Below, piece by piece: positions 43,450 to 47,203 of a stretch of DNA of 47,203 nt (its first letter is position 1; the number at the start of each line of letters is the position of its first letter). The translations under genes were made by a program, and so were the position numbers. Location: NCBI RefSeq assembly GCF_001194135.2, contig NC_068986.1, positions 68,828,182-68,875,384 of the forward strand, given 5' to 3'. Source of the DNA: Octopus bimaculoides. Lineage: Eukaryota. Under the pieces are notes generated by a model. The model was not told where the DNA came from, searched no databases, and saw only the letters and a list, made by a program, of their open reading frames with translations.

Positions 43450-44560
43450 GCTAAAACGCAGCTGTCTTTGGTTCCAGTGGAAACAGAAATTGCCTCTGAA
43501 CATTGATTGCTAGATATCACTGTTGCTATCATTCCTTTGTACAGAGATACTATTACTCTTATCATTTTATCAGGAAGACCAACTTTTGACAAAATTTTCT
43601 AGAGCACCTCATGATTCACTGTAACAAAGCCTTCGTCAAATCAACAAAGACCATGTACAAGTCAGTATTTTGCCCATGTGCTTTTTCTTGAACTTGCTGA
43701 AGGACAAAAATCACGTCAACTGTGCCAAGCCAGCAATCCACATTTGGAATCAGGATATATGCTGTTTACTACATACTTATTGATGTGGTTAAGGATTACC
43801 CACGCAAAATTTTTACAGCTATGTGCAACAAAGTTATTCCCCTGTGATTATCACACGCCCTCTTCTTCCCCTTGTTTTTGTACAATTGGATTATAGAAGC
43901 ATCTTTGAACTGTTGGGACACAGATCCAGTTTCCCAGATCAAACAGGTCAGTTTGCGCAGCTTTCTTACAAGTTGTCTACCACCATGCTTGTACTCTTCT
44001 ATGGGAATACCGTCTTGTCCAGGAGTTTTACCATTGAAAAGATTTTTAATAACAATACTTATCTCTTCCAAGGAAGGATCTTCCACAACTTCCTCAATTG
44101 TAGGTCTCTGGAAGATTTCATTGATTACTTCAGGATCGAAAGTGGATTCTTGATTTAATGCAGATTTAAAGTGTTCAGCCCATCTTTTCAGAATTTTATC
44201 TTTGCTATTTAAGAGTTTTAACCTGTTATTAGAAAGAATAGGTTCCATACCACCCCTTTTTGGACCAAATACACCATTTAAGTAGTCATACAATTTGTGA
44301 GAGTTAGCAGCCTGTTCCAATTCTTGGGCATTTTTTTTTTTTGGCCACCAAAAATTTTTCATTTCATTCAGTTTTTTCTGAGTAGTTTTTTTTAAGCTCA
44401 TAATATGAGATGGAAATGTTAACCTTTTCTTTTCTTCTATTCTCTTATCACATCTCATAACCTCAAAACCTTTCACTATCTGCGGTCAGATAGCAACAGA
44501 ATCATACTGCATATATTTGTGTGGTGTCTGAGCATTGCTGGCTTGTGGAGTTATGCCAAA
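43450..44560 (-). mobile_element. RTE-BovB-like LINE ORF2 fragment
   Basis: ILKRWAEHF..LN, PSLEEI..I..L.NGKTPGQDGIP, FKDASIIQLYKNKG..CDNHRGITLL and VLAPVLFS. Confidence 0.8.
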
Positions 44561-44804
44561 CTTCTGTTGTTGCATGCAGGACAAATCATGTCATTGGCTG
44601 AGTCCATCATGAGAACTACCCCACCATGCACCTTTATCAAGGCAGGACTTGTGGTGTTCCTCTGTATAGTGGCTATGGTGAAAGGGACTGTGTGGTGGAT
44701 GAGGTTGAAAGGATTGAAAAAAGACACCTTCCTCTTTGGTCAAACCCTCATAAACTTTTCTAAGTTCCACTTAGAAAGGAAAGTGAGGGTGGAGAGGGAA
44801 GTGC

Positions 44805-44982
44805 TAGCACCTGCTACACTCTCTGAGTGGTTGGCGTTAGGAAGAGCATCCAGCTGTAGAAACTCTGCCAAATCAGATTGGAGCCTGGTGTTGCCATCCG
44901 GTTTCACCAGTCCTCAGTCAAATCGTCCAACCCATGCTAGCATGGAAAGCGGACGTTAAACGATGATGATGATGCTGATGAT
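44805..44982 (+). mobile_element. RTE-type 3' tail element
   Basis: Near-exact reverse complement of 18633-18800; ends in (GAT)n. Confidence 0.85.
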
Positions 44983-44989
44983 GAGTGTC

Positions 44990-45335
44990 AGAGGTAAAAA
45001 TGGTTTGGGTGAATGGATCTGCTCCAAGTATGCATCTGTAGATTGGAGAACAGGGCTTGTGAATTTGATAGTCAGGATAATCCTCGATCTGTGGGGTTCT
45101 TTAATTAGCCCTAGTTGAAGGTTTTCCTTTATTAGGAGGACTGCATCATTCATATGTTCACATACTTTCTATATAATGTAAATTTTTATCCGATTTCACT
45201 CTCTTTTCTTTTCACACTCTTTCCTTTTCTTTCCCCATATCTTTTGTGTAAACACCCAACACAAATTGTAGACTGTCCATTTGATGTACACCTCATTTTT
45301 GCCCCTGTGGCAAATGAAAGAAATCATTATTATTT
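44990..45335 (+). mobile_element. Non-LTR retrotransposon 3' end (homolog of 16860-17190)
   Basis: Shared internal blocks and the tail GCCCCTGTGGCAAATGAAAGAAATCATTATT. Confidence 0.5.
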
Positions 45336-47058
45336 TTGTTGTTGCGTGGTATCAGAAACACAGCACTTGTAGGTTTTGTTTTATTTTAAGTGTCTTCTGA
45401 AGATATATGCTCAAAATTTTCATTGAGTGTTACACAAACTCCCAAAGGTTCTGAGTAGGTGCTCAACTTCATTGTAGTTTTGCCCTTCGTGGAGAGAGTT
45501 CTGATTAATTTTGTAAAAATTATTCATTTCTTTAAAAGTTTCAAGACAGTATGGTGTTAAATTTTCCAGTAAAATGTCAGGGTAGTGTAATCACAGATTG
45601 GAGGAGTCCTTTTGACACAACCTTCTCATTGTTAAAACAAAGTACCACCATGCCCACCACTACTGCTACTGCCAATGCTAACTGAAACCACAACTACAAT
45701 AAAGAAAATGCAAGCAACAAAAAAATGAAAACAACCACAAAAATGAGAATGAACATAAAAACGAAAAATTAAAATGTTATTTCAACACACCGACAAATTC
45801 TGCTACTGTTATCATCACCACCATTAAAATGAACATAGTAAAACATGATAAAGAAGAAGATCAAGCAAATATGACTTGCAAAACTAGTGTTGGCAGTGTG
45901 TGCCAAGTAAAAAAAAATTGTTTTAATTATCTCAAGATTAAAAATAATGCAAACAACATCCTTATATGGTTGGGCCAAAACATAGTTTTTATTGGAATCC
46001 ATTTAGTGAAAAAACAGCCTCAAGACTGTTGTTTACATATCCATATAAATAAAAAAGAAAAGTCAGAAAGTGGAGAATACTGCATAGTAGAGGTGGGATT
46101 TACATCAGAAGATAAGACCAGGAAATGATCCACAATAACCCTAATGAGAGATGAATTGGTTTTCATATCAATCTACCTATAGAGTAGTAATAATAAAAGT
46201 AGTAGATGAACCTTCAGAAATAACCATCTATTGGCTGGTTTCAGATGTCCTTTTTCACAAAGAGGACAGCACTAATATTCTACAGGTCCAGAGGCTGAAG
46301 GAACAAAATTAGACTGGTCAACAGATAGAGCTATTGATCTAACTGGATCATGACAGTAAGGAATCCATCCCAGACCCGAACAGTCTGCAAGATGGCTCAC
46401 AACTGTATGTGACTGCTGAGGGCAAAAAGTGAAAGTGTAATTCACAAATCCCCTCAAGGCCTATTGGTCATAACAAAATGGACACTATCACTACAACAAT
46501 AACAATGTCAACAGCAACAATGCCAAAGAAAATGTGCAGCCAGAACAACAGCAATGACAGCAACTGTGTCAAAAACAAAAGAAACGCTGCCTTCACAATA
46601 CTACTACATAACCAACAACAACAGCTATTGAAAGCCCCCAAACAACAACAACAGAACGAAATTACAAAGGGCCCCCCCACCACCACAACCACTAGCAATA
46701 CATCCTTCTCCCAAAGACATCACCCTCAATGCTGAGACCACTCAGACATGTGTGGCAATGGTGATGGGGTAGAAAACAAATAGATATAAACATGAATAGA
46801 GTCAACAGATGAGATCCAGAGCTTCTCAATATAGAAAACACTTTGTGGTACTCAAATGATTTGAACTTAAATTCTAAAACCAAGTCTGTGGAGTAAAGAA
46901 TGGCTATAACAGGAATCCAGGTGAGCAGATATGGAGAGACAATGATGCAAATAAACAAATAAAACTACTTGGGTTTGATGTACCAAAAGATATATACATA
47001 TATACATGTAAATAGAAAGAAAGCAAAGACTGAAAATTTTCAGATGATGAATATTCAA

Positions 47059-47092
<34 letters not shown>

Positions 47093-47203
47093 TCTAACTT
47101 CCACCCTCCTCTTGACTTTACTTCTACCATCTCTGACACCTCTGTTAACTTCCTCGACATCTCTCTTTCCATCAACCCCCTCTCCAACACTCTAACTACC
47201 TCC
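47093..47203 (+). mobile_element. Penelope-like RT C-terminal fragment, starting right after a (TA)n run
   Basis: SNFHPPLDFTSTISDTSVNFLDISLSI resembles the Penelope FHPxLxFT..FLD motif; runs off the window end. Confidence 0.6.

Noticed and set aside
45829-46250. Possible restriction-like endonuclease remnant (YCIVEVG) of an R4/NeSL-type LINE
   Set aside because: Similarity too faint, with no clear PD motif; not supportable without a profile search.
46468-46735. Gln/Thr/Asn-rich and Val/Cys-rich ORFs
   Set aside because: Products of (ACA)n-type low-complexity sequence.

Overview
AT-rich, repeat-dense eukaryotic animal DNA with about ten N-gaps. The SINE and RTE-tail families look like those I recall from Octopus, so the organism is inferred, not verified. 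Two host genes lie tail-to-tail. (1) A plus-strand, two-coding-exon vanin/biotinidase-family gene (16053-16253 + 26204-27571, about 522 aa, signal peptide and GPI-type tail). It keeps the catalytic Glu and Lys, but the nucleophile Cys is replaced by Ser. (2) A minus-strand PPP1R15 (GADD34/CReP-like) gene (39526-38624 + 32704-32483, about 374 aa) whose KVRF PP1-docking motif is split by the intron. It has a candidate stress-response architecture: ATTGCATCA CARE/AARE site, TATA box and Inr, a multi-uORF leader and 3'UTR AU-rich elements. The rest is nested transposable elements: hAT inside hAT, a Chapaev3-like element with an LTR inside it, mariner, Merlin, a Ginger-like foldback, MITEs, RTE and other LINE fragments, Penelope-derived pieces with hammerhead-like folds, and several SINE families. 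Family assignments rest on motif recognition from memory; no database searches were run, and many repeat boundaries are approximate.
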